Of a DNA stretch of 37,157 nucleotides, positions 1 to 10,176 are shown piece after piece. The first letter of the stretch is position 1; the number at the start of each line of letters is the position of its first letter. The notes beneath the pieces were generated by a model. The model saw nothing but the letters and a program-made list of their open reading frames with translations. It was not told the DNA's origin and did not search any database. This stretch comes from an uncultured Prevotella sp. GTDB lineage: Bacteria > Bacteroidota > Bacteroidia > Bacteroidales > Bacteroidaceae. A program made the translations under genes and the position numbers. The stretch is from contig OMSQ01000023.1 of the NCBI GenBank assembly GCA_900313805.1, positions 1 to 37,157 on the forward strand, given 5' to 3'.

Positions 1-136
1 AAAGGTAGTGCAAGGCGAGAGAAATACAAAACAAACAACGCAGTTTTTGTTTTTATTTCCGAGCCGCCGCCTACCTTCGCGTCAGCAAATGTAGTGCAAG
101 ACGAGAGAAATACCAAAAATAATTTTTGGTTTTTCC
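1..136. repeat. Tandem palindromic (REP/MITE-like) repeat, two units at an 86-bp period; first unit clipped by the window edge, second truncated
   Basis: 1-27 aaaggtagtgcaaggcgagagaaatac matches 87-113 aaatgtagtgcaagacgagagaaatac at 25/27. Unit 1 folds: aaggtag(2-8)/ctacctt(71-77) and gaaatacaaaacaaa(21-35)/tttgtttttatttc(46-59). Confidence 0.75.
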
Positions 137-139
137 AAT

Positions 140-178
140 CCCGAAACTCCGGATAATCTGCAAAAACCGGAAAATCCG
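140..178. repeat. Degenerate 9-bp tandem repeat (ccggawaat-like)
   Basis: cccgaaact ccggataat ctgcaaaaa ccggaaaat ccg. Confidence 0.55.
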
Positions 179-231
179 TTTTTTTTTTATTTGATTAACA
201 GTTTATTTGTCGTAATATCTTGCTCTTTTAA

Positions 232-239
232 TATCTTTG
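232..239 (+). promoter_or_regulatory. Bacteroidetes sigma-A -7 box for the ftsB-like operon
   Basis: tatctttg fits TAnnTTTG; tttg at 206-209 is a possible -33; ATG at 260. Confidence 0.6.
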
Positions 240-259
240 CATCCGATTTAGCAGACTGT

Positions 260-592
260 ATGAAGATAATACGCATTTTCTCACGCCTTATAGGGCGTTT
301 CAAATATATCATCACCATTCTGGTCTCCCTGGTTATTCTCGGGGCGGTTGGTGAGAATAGCTGGCTCAGTCAGCGTGAGTACAATAGTCAGATTAGGCAA
401 CTGAAGGCAGAGATTGGGGAGCTAAATCGTCAATATAAGGCTGACTCCTTGCGTCTTGATGAACTTGACAAATCACCGCAAGCCATTGAGAAGATAGCCC
501 GTGAGCGATATTTCATGAAGGCCGACGACGAGGATATTTTCGTGCTCAGCGATGAGATAGAAGGAGAGGAGGACGATGAAGCAACTGAATAA
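260..592 (+). CDS. ftsB: Septum formation initiator (FtsB/DivIC family)
   Basis: One N-terminal TM helix, a coiled coil and IEKIARERYFMK..DEDIF motif; start moved to ATG 260, downstream of the promoter box. Confidence 0.8.
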   Translation: MKIIRIFSRLIGRFKYIITILVSLVILGAVGENSWLSQREYNSQIRQLKAEIGELNRQYKADSLRLDELDKSPQAIEKIARERYFMKADDEDIFVLSDEIEGEEDDEATE

Positions 593-1007
593 ATGGCAGA
601 CCATAGTCTTCCTTGCAGCAGGTGCACTCATGGTCATAGGTGCCGGTTGTTTCTCACTCATGTTCCACCAGGAGGTGGCGTGCTGGGTGTTTGCCGCCGG
701 TGCGCTCATGTTCGTAGCCATGCAGGCCGAGCAACGATACGACGGTCCCGACATCACCATACGCCGCTTGCGTCGTATACTGCTCTTCGCCGGCTTCCTC
801 TTCCTGCTCTCTGCAGCACTGATGGTAGATACCGTGCATCACTATATGATGCCCTGGTTCGACAATATTGAGACATACATACAATACGCATACAACAAAT
901 GGGTCATCACCCTGCTTGCGGCAGCAATAATCGAGGTATATGCCACACACCGCCTGTCGCACGAAATCGCTAAACAAAACGCCAATCACAACAAACCTCA
1001 TGAATAA
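576..1007 (+). CDS. Conserved hypothetical 4-TM membrane protein
   Basis: Four hydrophobic helices and an IRRLRR basic loop; overlaps both neighbours as in an operon. Confidence 0.75.
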   Translation: MKQLNKWQTIVFLAAGALMVIGAGCFSLMFHQEVACWVFAAGALMFVAMQAEQRYDGPDITIRRLRRILLFAGFLFLLSAALMVDTVHHYMMPWFDNIETYIQYAYNKWVITLLAAAIIEVYATHRLSHEIAKQNANHNKPHE

Positions 1008-1785
1008 ACTGCTCTGCATCTTCGCTGCCTTTGCCACACTGACCTCGTGCATGTCTTCATACAGTCTCGATGGCACTACCAATGTGTCGCTGCTCGATGG
1101 CAGGATGCTATACCTGAAGGTGTTTGATACCGATGAGATGGTAAACCGCGATTCATGCGAAGTGGTGCATGGCAAGTTCCACTTCTCAGGTTCGCTCGAT
1201 ACTGCTACCATTGCCTCTATCTACATGGATAACAACAACCTCATGCCCCTGGTGCTCGAGGATGGCGATATCTCAATACGTATTGACCAGACACAGATGG
1301 TGCTCAGTGGCACACCGCTCAACGACAGCCTATATTCCTTTCTGAGAAATTACGAGGAACTGCAGATGCGTAACGACGACCTCGTGCACAAGCACGATCA
1401 GGCCATCATGAACGGACACGACATGCAGCAAGTGGTGCCACAACTGCAGCAGGAAGCCGTGGATATAGCAAAGCAACTTGACCAACTGGTCACAGGCACT
1501 ATTGCCAACAATTTCGACAATGCTCTCGGCCCAGGCATTTTCATGATCGTGACAGCCAGTTACCCCTTTCCCGAGATGCGCCCATGGATAGTGGATGTGA
1601 TGAGCAAGGCTACACCACGCTTCAAGGACGATGCATACGTCAGACTCTATGTGAGTGAGGCGCAGCACTACCAAAACCTGCAAAACGGACTTGAGACGCT
1701 GCCGCAACCTCCGGCACAGGCCAATAATGCCACTCCGGCACCACAACCACCCACACCCAACCAAATGGCCAAACCAGCCCAATAA
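1000..1785 (+). CDS. DUF4369-domain lipoprotein with Pro/Gln-rich tail
   Basis: Lipoprotein signal MNKLLCIFAAFATLTSC; DSCEVVHGKFHFSG and SGTPLND motifs; ATG at 1000. Confidence 0.75.
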   Translation: MNKLLCIFAAFATLTSCMSSYSLDGTTNVSLLDGRMLYLKVFDTDEMVNRDSCEVVHGKFHFSGSLDTATIASIYMDNNNLMPLVLEDGDISIRIDQTQMVLSGTPLNDSLYSFLRNYEELQMRNDDLVHKHDQAIMNGHDMQQVVPQLQQEAVDIAKQLDQLVTGTIANNFDNALGPGIFMIVTASYPFPEMRPWIVDVMSKATPRFKDDAYVRLYVSEAQHYQNLQNGLETLPQPPAQANNATPAPQPPTPNQMAKPAQ

Positions 1786-1806
1786 CTGCTACATACCTGC
1801 TGATAC

Positions 1807-3144
1807 ATGGACACACTCATCACCAATGTCAAGATTGTAAACGAAGGCCGTGTCTATGACGGATATCTGGCCATCGAGGGAGACACCATAGCCGAGATAG
1901 GAGAGGGTGATGCCCCCGACTTCCAGCCCCACCGCACTATAGATGCCGGTGGCGCTTTGCTCTTGCCTGGCGTCATCGATACCCATGTGCACTTCCGTGA
2001 ACCAGGACTGCAGCAGAAGGCTGATATCAGAAGCGAGAGCAGGGCAGCAGCCTGTGGAGGAGTCACCACCTACTTCGACATGCCCAACACAGTGCCGCAG
2101 ACTACTACCATCGAAGCACTCGAGGATAAGTATGCGCGGGCACAGAAGGACAGCGCAGTCAACTATGCCTTCCTCTTCGGTGCCACAAACGATAACTACA
2201 AACTCTTTCCGCATCTCGACGTACACCGTGTGCCAGCCATAAAACTATTCATGGGCTCATCCACTGGCAATATGCTCGTGGACAGACGCGAGGCTCTCGA
2301 CAATATCTTCCGCACGGCACCACTGCCCCTAATGGCACACTGCGAGGATAGCACGATTATCGCTCGCAACATGCAGCTTGCACAGATGATGTACGGCGAC
2401 GACCCCGATGTGTGCCACCATCCCGAGATACGGTCGGCCAAGGCCTGCTATGAGTCTACTGCCCTGGCCGTATCGCTGGCAAATGCCCACCACCAGCGCC
2501 TGCACGTGGCTCATGTCACCACGGCACGCGAACTGCAACTCTTCTCACCCGTCACCTCAGAGTCGCTGCCTCTTGTCACTGCCGAGGCAGTAGTGGCTCA
2601 TCTGCTCTTCACCGATGCCGACTACGCCACTCTTGGCACACGCATCAAGTGCAACCCCGCGGTGAAGACTATGGCTGACAGAGAGGAACTGCGCCGCGCC
2701 ATCACCGACGGACGTATATATACCGTGGCCACTGACCATGCCCCACACCTCATAGCCGACAAACAGGGTGGGGCACAACGAGCCGCTTCGGGCATGCCAA
2801 TGATACAGTTTTCACTCGTGTCCATGCTGCAACTCGTAGACGAGGGCGTGTTGACGGTCACACAAGTGGCTGACCTGATGTGTCACCACCCCGCTCACCT
2901 CTTCCAGATATCAAAGCGCGGATACCTGCGTCAGGGCTATAAGGCCGACCTGGTGTTGGTGGAGCGTGGTAAGCCTTGGACGGTGACGACTGAGGATGTG
3001 AAGAGCAAGTGCGGATGGAGCCCGGTAGAGGGACGTACCTATAACTGGCGGGTGATACACACCTTCTGCAATGGACAACATGTTTACAATCATGGACTCG
3101 CCGACGACATCAGTTGCGGTCAGCCCGTTGACTTCAGATACTGA
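1807..3144 (+). CDS. pyrC: Dihydroorotase
   Basis: PGVIDTHVHFREPG, DMPNT, KLFMGSSTG, KCNP and TDHAPH amidohydrolase motifs. Confidence 0.9.
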   Translation: MDTLITNVKIVNEGRVYDGYLAIEGDTIAEIGEGDAPDFQPHRTIDAGGALLLPGVIDTHVHFREPGLQQKADIRSESRAAACGGVTTYFDMPNTVPQTTTIEALEDKYARAQKDSAVNYAFLFGATNDNYKLFPHLDVHRVPAIKLFMGSSTGNMLVDRREALDNIFRTAPLPLMAHCEDSTIIARNMQLAQMMYGDDPDVCHHPEIRSAKACYESTALAVSLANAHHQRLHVAHVTTARELQLFSPVTSESLPLVTAEAVVAHLLFTDADYATLGTRIKCNPAVKTMADREELRRAITDGRIYTVATDHAPHLIADKQGGAQRAASGMPMIQFSLVSMLQLVDEGVLTVTQVADLMCHHPAHLFQISKRGYLRQGYKADLVLVERGKPWTVTTEDVKSKCGWSPVEGRTYNWRVIHTFCNGQHVYNHGLADDISCGQPVDFRY

Positions 3145-3150
3145 TCAGTC

Positions 3151-3963
3151 ATGACACATCAGTTGTCTTTCCATATACACGACGTGGCACCCTATATCAA
3201 CTGGGTGTATTTCTATTACGCTTGGGCTCTCGGTAAAGATGCTGTCGAGGAGCGCTCCCGCCTGCGCCGCGATGCCGACGACCTGATGCGGCGCATGGAT
3301 GCGCGCTACCACACCTACACACGTTTCGCCATACTGCCAGCCGTGAGTGATGGTGATGATATCATCGTGGACGGTACACGCATGCCCATGCTCAGACAAC
3401 AGCACGCCGAGGCAGACAAGCCCTGTCTGTCACTCGCCGACTTCATCAGACCGGCAGAGCAGGGGCAGACAGACCGAATCGGAATATTTGCTGCTACCGT
3501 CGACTATGAGATGGAGCACCCTACAGGTGCCGACGACTATCAGCGTATGCTTCACCAGACTGTGGCTGACCGACTGGCAGAGGCCACTGTGGAAAGAATG
3601 CACCAACTGGTGCGTACCAAATACTGGGGCTACGCACCACACGAAAACCTTACCATCGATGAGATGCATGCCGAACGGTTTCAGGGCATACGACCGGCTG
3701 TGGGATACCCCTCACTACCCGATACCAGCATGAACTTCGTCATCGACTCACTGCTCGGACTGCATCATATAGGCATCACACTCACTGAACACGGAGCCAT
3801 GCGACCTCATGCTTCCGTATCAGGACTGATGATAGCACACCCCCTGGCACACTATTTCAGCATCCCAAGAATAGGAGAAGACCAGTTGCGCTCATACGCC
3901 CGTCGTCGTGGGGTGCCAGAACCCATAATGCGGCGCTTCTTACAGTCTATATTGGCAAACTGA
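3151..3963 (+). CDS. Stand-alone B12-dependent methionine synthase activation (AdoMet-binding) domain protein
   Basis: PYINW, LRQQ, CLSLADF, DRLAEA, GIRPAVGYPSLPD and P.ASVSGL..AHP.A.YF motifs of the MetH C-terminus. Confidence 0.85.
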   Translation: MTHQLSFHIHDVAPYINWVYFYYAWALGKDAVEERSRLRRDADDLMRRMDARYHTYTRFAILPAVSDGDDIIVDGTRMPMLRQQHAEADKPCLSLADFIRPAEQGQTDRIGIFAATVDYEMEHPTGADDYQRMLHQTVADRLAEATVERMHQLVRTKYWGYAPHENLTIDEMHAERFQGIRPAVGYPSLPDTSMNFVIDSLLGLHHIGITLTEHGAMRPHASVSGLMIAHPLAHYFSIPRIGEDQLRSYARRRGVPEPIMRRFLQSILAN

Positions 3964-3976
3964 CACAGATACTCTT

Positions 3977-5158
3977 ATGATAACAAAGAATCTACTCTTA
4001 TACCTGCTGCTCATCATCCTGCCCGACCTGTACATATACAGGCGCTTCGTGGCACGCCGCCACATAGCACGGTGGAAAAAGCTGCTTTGGTGGCTGCCCT
4101 GCCTGCTTATGTTGTGGCTCACATACCAGATGGCCACTACCGATCAGTTTATCCCCGACGACAACCGGCTGCTATTCATCTATCTCTTGCTGTTGGGCGT
4201 ATGCGTGGTGTCCAAGGCGGTGTTCGCACTCTGTTCTATTGTGGGGCGCGGTGTGGCACGCCTCTTTCATTCGCATAAGAACTGGGGTAATATGGTGGGA
4301 CTCTTCGGCGCTCTCGGCACCGTCTATGTCACTGTCTACGGTCTCACCGCTGGCTTTGCATCATTAGAGGTCACACACCACGACTTCACATCGCCCGCCG
4401 TGCCCCGCTCTTTTGATGGCTACCGCATAGCTGTGCTTTCCGACTTGCATGTGGGCAGTTACCAGGGCGACAAACAGTATATACTGCAAAATGTGCTCGA
4501 CACGCTGCGCTCGCTCGATGCCGACATGGTCTGTTTCGTTGGCGACCTGCAGAACATGAACCCCAGCGAGGTGGAAGAACACCGCCACTTGCTCAATTCC
4601 ATACCCTCGCGCGACGGTGTGTTCTCCGTACTTGGCAATCATGACTACGGCATGTATGCTAGTCCCCACAAGAAGGTGCAGGACTCTCTCACCCATAAGA
4701 TGATTGACGTGCAGCGACAGATGGGATGGACCCTGCTCCTCAACGAGAACCGTGTGGTGCGCCGAGGCAATGACTCTATCTTTGTGGCCGGAATGGAAAA
4801 CCAGGGCAACAAGGCGCGTATGCCACAAAGGGCACGACCCGACCTGGCCATGAAGGGCATTCCAAAGGGCGCCTTCACTATCATGCTCGAACACGACCCT
4901 ACCTCTTGGCGCTCTATGATTCTGCCTGAAACTACGGCACAACTCACGTTTAGCGGTCATACACACGGCGGACAACTGGCACTATTCGGTATCAAGGCCG
5001 GAGACCTGATGTATTCCGAAAATGACGGATTGTACGAGGAGCAGGGACGCTCGCTCTATGTCTCCCATGGCGTGGGCGGACTGCTGCCACTGCGCTTCGG
5101 ACTGCCGGGCGAGGTAGCACTCATCACTCTTCATCACAAAACAACATCTGAACAATGA
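3977..5158 (+). CDS. Membrane-anchored metallophosphoesterase (calcineurin-like, YkuE type)
   Basis: N-terminal TM helices; DLHVG, GDL, GNHD and GHTHGGQ motifs. Confidence 0.85.
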   Translation: MITKNLLLYLLLIILPDLYIYRRFVARRHIARWKKLLWWLPCLLMLWLTYQMATTDQFIPDDNRLLFIYLLLLGVCVVSKAVFALCSIVGRGVARLFHSHKNWGNMVGLFGALGTVYVTVYGLTAGFASLEVTHHDFTSPAVPRSFDGYRIAVLSDLHVGSYQGDKQYILQNVLDTLRSLDADMVCFVGDLQNMNPSEVEEHRHLLNSIPSRDGVFSVLGNHDYGMYASPHKKVQDSLTHKMIDVQRQMGWTLLLNENRVVRRGNDSIFVAGMENQGNKARMPQRARPDLAMKGIPKGAFTIMLEHDPTSWRSMILPETTAQLTFSGHTHGGQLALFGIKAGDLMYSENDGLYEEQGRSLYVSHGVGGLLPLRFGLPGEVALITLHHKTTSEQ

Positions 5159-5919
5159 AATACCTCTATCGCATCTATCAGACCCTGGTGGCAGTGCCAA
5201 TAGGCATCGTCATCACTATATTGACGGCACTTGTCACCATCATCGGCTGTCTGCTCGGCGGCGGACATTTCTTCGGCTATTACCCTGGCAGGGCGTGGGC
5301 ATGGCTCATGCTCAAACTCTTCCTCCTGCCCGTAAAGGTGGAAGGACGTCACCACTTGGAGAAAGGACAGTCGTATGTATGTGTGGCTAATCACCAAGGG
5401 GCCTTCGACATCTTCCTCATCTATGGACATCTGAACCGCAACTTCCGGTGGATGATGAAGGAGGGTATCAGGCGCATACCTTTCGTGGGTATGGCATGTC
5501 AGGCCTCAAAACAGATTTTCATCGACAAACGCGGTCCCAAGCGTATACAGGCCTCATATAACATGGCACGCCGTATACTCCAGGGAGGCATGTCGCTCGT
5601 GGTCTTTCCAGAAGGCTCACGCTCGTTTACTGGCGACATGACCGACTTCCACCGAGGGGCGTTCATGCTCGCTGATGAACTGCAACTGCCTGTGGTGCCC
5701 ATCACCATCAACGGCTCGTTTGACGTCATGCCGCGCACACGCGACTGGCACTGGGCCAACTGGCATCCACTGTCACTCACCATACACACTCCCATCTATC
5801 CCGTAGGACAAGGACCAGACAATGTGCGTACCACTATGATTGACAGTTACAAGGCGGTGCACAGCGCTCTTGATGAACGCTACCGCCAACACTCTGATGC
5901 TACTGCCACTGACGCATAA
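5155..5919 (+). CDS. plsC: 1-acyl-sn-glycerol-3-phosphate acyltransferase family protein
   Basis: NHQGAFD (HxxxxD), FIDK and FPEGSRS motifs. Confidence 0.85.
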   Translation: MKYLYRIYQTLVAVPIGIVITILTALVTIIGCLLGGGHFFGYYPGRAWAWLMLKLFLLPVKVEGRHHLEKGQSYVCVANHQGAFDIFLIYGHLNRNFRWMMKEGIRRIPFVGMACQASKQIFIDKRGPKRIQASYNMARRILQGGMSLVVFPEGSRSFTGDMTDFHRGAFMLADELQLPVVPITINGSFDVMPRTRDWHWANWHPLSLTIHTPIYPVGQGPDNVRTTMIDSYKAVHSALDERYRQHSDATATDA

Positions 5920-5941
5920 GCAACTTTTTACCTGTCTTTAT

Positions 5942-5971
5942 TTTGATAAAGAAAAATAAATATTACCTTTG
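5942..5971 (+). promoter_or_regulatory. Sigma-A promoter (-33/-7) for GT2-mfd
   Basis: tttg at 5942-5945 and tacctttg at 5964-5971. Confidence 0.7.
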
Positions 5972-5993
5972 CATCTGACAAGCTACAGTATCT

Positions 5994-6749
5994 ATGACCA
6001 CCAGCGACAGTATAGTTATCATACCCACGTACAACGAGAAGGAGAACATTGAGAAAATCATCAGAGCCGTGTTCGCCCTCGACAAGTGCTTTCATATCCT
6101 CATCATCGACGACGGCAGTCCCGACGGCACTGCACAGATAGTTCACGGCCTCATAGACAAGGAGTTTGCCGACCGGCTCTTCATCCTCGAACGCGAGGGC
6201 AAACTCGGACTTGGCACCGCCTATATCACGGGTTTCAAGTGGGCTCTCGAACATGAGTACGACTATGTCTTCGAGATGGATGCCGACTTCTCGCACGACC
6301 CCGCCGACCTGCCACGACTCTATGCCGCCTGCCACGACGAGGGCTACGACCTGGCCATTGGCAGCAGGTATGTCAGCGGTGTCAATGTGGTGAACTGGCC
6401 CATAGGTCGTGTGCTGATGAGTTACTTCGCTTCGAAATATGTACGCTTGGTCACTGGCTTCAAGGTTCACGACACTACAGCAGGATTCAAGTGCTACCGC
6501 CGTCAGGTGCTCGAAACCATAGAACTCGACAAGATTCGTTTCAAGGGCTATGCCTTCCAAATCGAGATGAAGTTTACGGCACATAAAATCGGATTCAAAA
6601 TCAAGGAGGTGCCCGTCGTCTTCGTCAACCGTCGCGAGGGAGTCAGTAAGATGAGTGGCGGCATCTTCGGCGAAGCCTTCTTCGGCGTGATGCGCCTGCG
6701 TTGGGACGGCTGGTTCAAGAAATATCCTAAGAAGCCGGCCGAGGCATGA
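5994..6749 (+). CDS. Polyprenol monophosphomannose synthase (GT2, Dpm1-like)
   Basis: IIPTYNE, DDGSPDGT, GLGTAY, EMDADFSH and D.TAGFKC motifs. Confidence 0.9.
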   Translation: MTTSDSIVIIPTYNEKENIEKIIRAVFALDKCFHILIIDDGSPDGTAQIVHGLIDKEFADRLFILEREGKLGLGTAYITGFKWALEHEYDYVFEMDADFSHDPADLPRLYAACHDEGYDLAIGSRYVSGVNVVNWPIGRVLMSYFASKYVRLVTGFKVHDTTAGFKCYRRQVLETIELDKIRFKGYAFQIEMKFTAHKIGFKIKEVPVVFVNRREGVSKMSGGIFGEAFFGVMRLRWDGWFKKYPKKPAEA

Positions 6750-9700
6750 CTATACGTTCTCTGGCTCAGCAACTGGCGCAGACGCCTCAGTGCCGTGCCC
6801 TGCTCTCACTCTTTGGTGACAACTCGGTGCACCATGCACTCATCGACGGCCTCACAGCGTCTGCTGCTCCCCTGATGCTCGCTGCCGTGAGCGGACAGAT
6901 AGGCCATACACTACTTATAATTTTACGTGACAGCGAAGAGGCTGACTACTTCAAACAGGACCTGACACAGGTTCTGGGGGAGGAACGTGTGATGATTTTT
7001 CCTTCGTCATACAAGAGGGCAGCGAAGTACGGCCAGCGTGATGCAGCCAATGAGATAGAGCGTACAAAGGTGCTGGCAGCACTCTCTTCACAACTGAACG
7101 TTGCGCCAATCATCGTCACCTCGCCCGAGGCTCTGAGCGAATTGGTGGTATCGCAACGACAACTCTCTACTACCATCATCTCGCTCAGTCAGGGCTCTGC
7201 CGCCGATGTGTACGAGCTTACGCAGCAACTACGCTCACTTGGATTCCAGGAGGTGGACTATGTTTACGAACCAGGACAGTTCGCCCTGCGTGGCAGCATA
7301 CTCGATGTCTACTCCTTCTCATGCGAATGGCCGTTCCGCATCGACTTCTTCGGCGACGAGATAGATACCATACGCACGTTCGACGTGCAAAACCAACTTT
7401 CGCGCGAGGTGCGACAGCATATCGACATACTGCCACATGTCGACAGTACCACTACCGAGGAACGGGTCCCCTTCTTCTCGCTGCTGCCACCCGACACGAT
7501 GACAATGGTGCACGATCTGCAATATGTCATCAACGCCATCCAGGACACGTATGAAACGGGCTTCTCCTCTCAGCACAGAGCAGAACGTTTGGAGAATGCC
7601 ACGGAGATGGAACGGCAGGAGATACAACGGCAACTCGACAGCGACAACCATTTCATTCGTGGCACGGTGGCTGCCGACGCCCTCACGCAGTTGCGCACAG
7701 TGGAGTGGGGCATTGACACATCTAAATCGTCTCTATCCTCCAACCGCTCCGCCGATCCCGATGCCATACTCCACTTCCATACGGAAGCACAACCACTCTT
7801 CCATAAGAACATACCGCTGCTGCTAAGCACAATGGCCGACTATCAGAGACAGGGCTATAAGCTCTATGTCATGGCCGACAGCGATAAACAGATACAGCGA
7901 CTCTCTGAGATAGTGAAGCAGGATGAGGTGGCAGACATACGACTCATAGGCGTAGACCGCACATTGCATGAGGGATTCATAGACCACGACAGGCACTGCT
8001 GTTTCTTTACCGACCACCAGATCTTCGACCGCTTTCATAAGTATCAGCAGCATAGCGATGTTGCCAGGGCTGGGAAGATGGCCCTCACCATGAAGGAACT
8101 GCAGGAGATGGAGCCTGGCGACTATGTGGTGCACGTGGACTTCGGTATAGGACGCTTTGCAGGACTGGTGCGCGTGCCCTCGGGAGACAGCTATCAGGAG
8201 ATGATACGCATACAGTATCAACGGGGTGACACCGTAGACGTGAGCATCCACTCGCTGTACAAGATATCCAAGTACAGACGGAGCGATACTGGTGAACCAC
8301 CACGAATGAGCACTCTTGGCACAGGTGCCTGGGAGAGAATGAAGGAACGTGCCAAGACGCGTATCAAGGACATCGCACGCGACCTCATACGACTCTATGC
8401 CCGTCGCAGACACGAGAAAGGGCACGCCTTCGCACCCGACACGTACATGCAGCATGAACTGGAAGCCAGTTTCATATACGAGGACACTCCCGACCAACTT
8501 AAGGCCACTCAGGAGGTGAAGGCCGACATGGAGAGTAGCAGACCCATGGACAGACTGGTGTGCGGCGATGTGGGGTTCGGCAAGACAGAGGTGGCGGTGC
8601 GCGCGGCATGTAAGGCAGCTGCCGACGGAAAACAGGTGGCCGTGCTGGTGCCAACCACGGTGCTGGCTTTCCAACACTACCAGACGTTCTCTGAACGACT
8701 TCGAGATATGCCTGTCAAGGTGGAATACCTCACCAGGGCAAGGTCGGCAAAGCAGGCCAGACAGATTATCGCCGAACTCAAGGAAGGGAAGATAGACATC
8801 CTCATTGGCACACACAAAATGCTGGGCAAGGACGTGCAGTGGCATGACGTGGGACTGCTCATCATCGACGAGGAACAGAAATTTGGCGTGGCCACCAAGG
8901 AGAAGATACGCCACCTGCGTACAAACATAGATACGCTCACGCTATCGGCCACTCCCATTCCACGCACCCTGCAGTTCTCGCTCATGGGGGCACGCGACAT
9001 GAGTATCATGCGAACCCCGCCTCCCAACCGCTATCCCATATATACCGAACTCACCACCTTCCACCACGAGGTGATAGCCGAAGCCATCGGGTTTGAGATG
9101 AGCAGGAACGGACAAGTGTTCTTTGTCAATGACCGCATATCGAAACTCACCGAGATAGAGCAACTCATCCACCGCTATGTGCCTGATGCACGCGTGGTGA
9201 TAGGACACGGACAGATGAAACCCGAGGAACTGGAGCGTATCATCATGGGCTTTATCAATTACGACTACGACGTGCTGCTCTCCACCACCATCATAGAGAA
9301 CGGCATCGACATACCCAATGCCAATACAATCATCATCAATGATGCACACCACTTCGGACTCTCCGACCTGCACCAGATGCGAGGCCGCGTGGGGCGCAGC
9401 AACCGCAAGGCCTTCTGCTATCTGCTGGCACCGCCTAAGAAACTGTTGAGGGAGGATGCACGGCGCAGACTTGAAGCCCTGGAGAACTTCTCTGAACTGG
9501 GAAGCGGCTTCTCACTCGCCATGCAAGACCTGGACATACGAGGAGCAGGCAACCTGCTGGGGGCGGAACAGAGCGGATTCATGGAAGACCTGGGGTATGA
9601 GACGTACCAGAAAATACTCACTCAGGCAGTCACGGAACTGAAAAACGAGGAGTTTGCCGACTTCTACCGCGAGGAAATGAAGCAGGGCAGGAAAGTGAAG

Positions 9701-10171
9701 GCAAATGAGTTTGTTGACGACTGCACGGTAGAGAGCGACCTGGAGATGTTCTTCCCAGACTCATACGTGCCTGGCAGTAGCGAACGTATGCTGCTATACA
9801 GGGAACTGGACAATATAGAGACAGACAGTGAACTGGAGGCTTATCAGAAACGGCTGGAAGACCGCTTTGGACCTGTGCCACGACAGGGCATGGAACTGAT
9901 GCAGGTGGTGGCACTGCGCAGGTTGGGCAGACAGCTGGGATGCGAGAAGATGATACTGAAAAACTCGCGCATGCAGATGCAGTTCGTCAGCAATCCCGAC
10001 AGTCCTTTCTATCAGAGCGACAGTTTTGAACTGGTACTGCAATACATCACCCGACACACAAAGCGCTGTAATCTCAAGGAGGTGAATGGCCACCGTGCCA
10101 TGGTGGTAAGCGGTATCTCATCCGTGGGCGAGGCTGTATTCACTCTCCGGCAGATGATAGAAGGGAAATAG
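6746..10171 (+). CDS. mfd: Transcription-repair coupling factor
   Basis: UvrB-like N-terminus, CarD/RID region, GDVGFGKT, DEEQ, SATPIPRT, QMRGRVGRS and TRCF C-terminus. Confidence 0.97.
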   Translation: MTIRSLAQQLAQTPQCRALLSLFGDNSVHHALIDGLTASAAPLMLAAVSGQIGHTLLIILRDSEEADYFKQDLTQVLGEERVMIFPSSYKRAAKYGQRDAANEIERTKVLAALSSQLNVAPIIVTSPEALSELVVSQRQLSTTIISLSQGSAADVYELTQQLRSLGFQEVDYVYEPGQFALRGSILDVYSFSCEWPFRIDFFGDEIDTIRTFDVQNQLSREVRQHIDILPHVDSTTTEERVPFFSLLPPDTMTMVHDLQYVINAIQDTYETGFSSQHRAERLENATEMERQEIQRQLDSDNHFIRGTVAADALTQLRTVEWGIDTSKSSLSSNRSADPDAILHFHTEAQPLFHKNIPLLLSTMADYQRQGYKLYVMADSDKQIQRLSEIVKQDEVADIRLIGVDRTLHEGFIDHDRHCCFFTDHQIFDRFHKYQQHSDVARAGKMALTMKELQEMEPGDYVVHVDFGIGRFAGLVRVPSGDSYQEMIRIQYQRGDTVDVSIHSLYKISKYRRSDTGEPPRMSTLGTGAWERMKERAKTRIKDIARDLIRLYARRRHEKGHAFAPDTYMQHELEASFIYEDTPDQLKATQEVKADMESSRPMDRLVCGDVGFGKTEVAVRAACKAAADGKQVAVLVPTTVLAFQHYQTFSERLRDMPVKVEYLTRARSAKQARQIIAELKEGKIDILIGTHKMLGKDVQWHDVGLLIIDEEQKFGVATKEKIRHLRTNIDTLTLSATPIPRTLQFSLMGARDMSIMRTPPPNRYPIYTELTTFHHEVIAEAIGFEMSRNGQVFFVNDRISKLTEIEQLIHRYVPDARVVIGHGQMKPEELERIIMGFINYDYDVLLSTTIIENGIDIPNANTIIINDAHHFGLSDLHQMRGRVGRSNRKAFCYLLAPPKKLLREDARRRLEALENFSELGSGFSLAMQDLDIRGAGNLLGAEQSGFMEDLGYETYQKILTQAVTELKNEEFADFYREEMKQGRKVKANEFVDDCTVESDLEMFFPDSYVPGSSERMLLYRELDNIETDSELEAYQKRLEDRFGPVPRQGMELMQVVALRRLGRQLGCEKMILKNSRMQMQFVSNPDSPFYQSDSFELVLQYITRHTKRCNLKEVNGHRAMVVSGISSVGEAVFTLRQMIEGK

Positions 10172-10176
10172 TACGG

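Noticed and set aside
1-136. CRISPR array
   Set aside because: Only two imperfect units; the intervening sequence is complementary to the repeat itself; no cas genes in the window.
7823-8914. Long antisense ORFs (363 aa opposite mfd, and similar ones opposite other genes)
   Set aside because: Shadow ORFs from codon bias; no recognisable motifs or expression signals.
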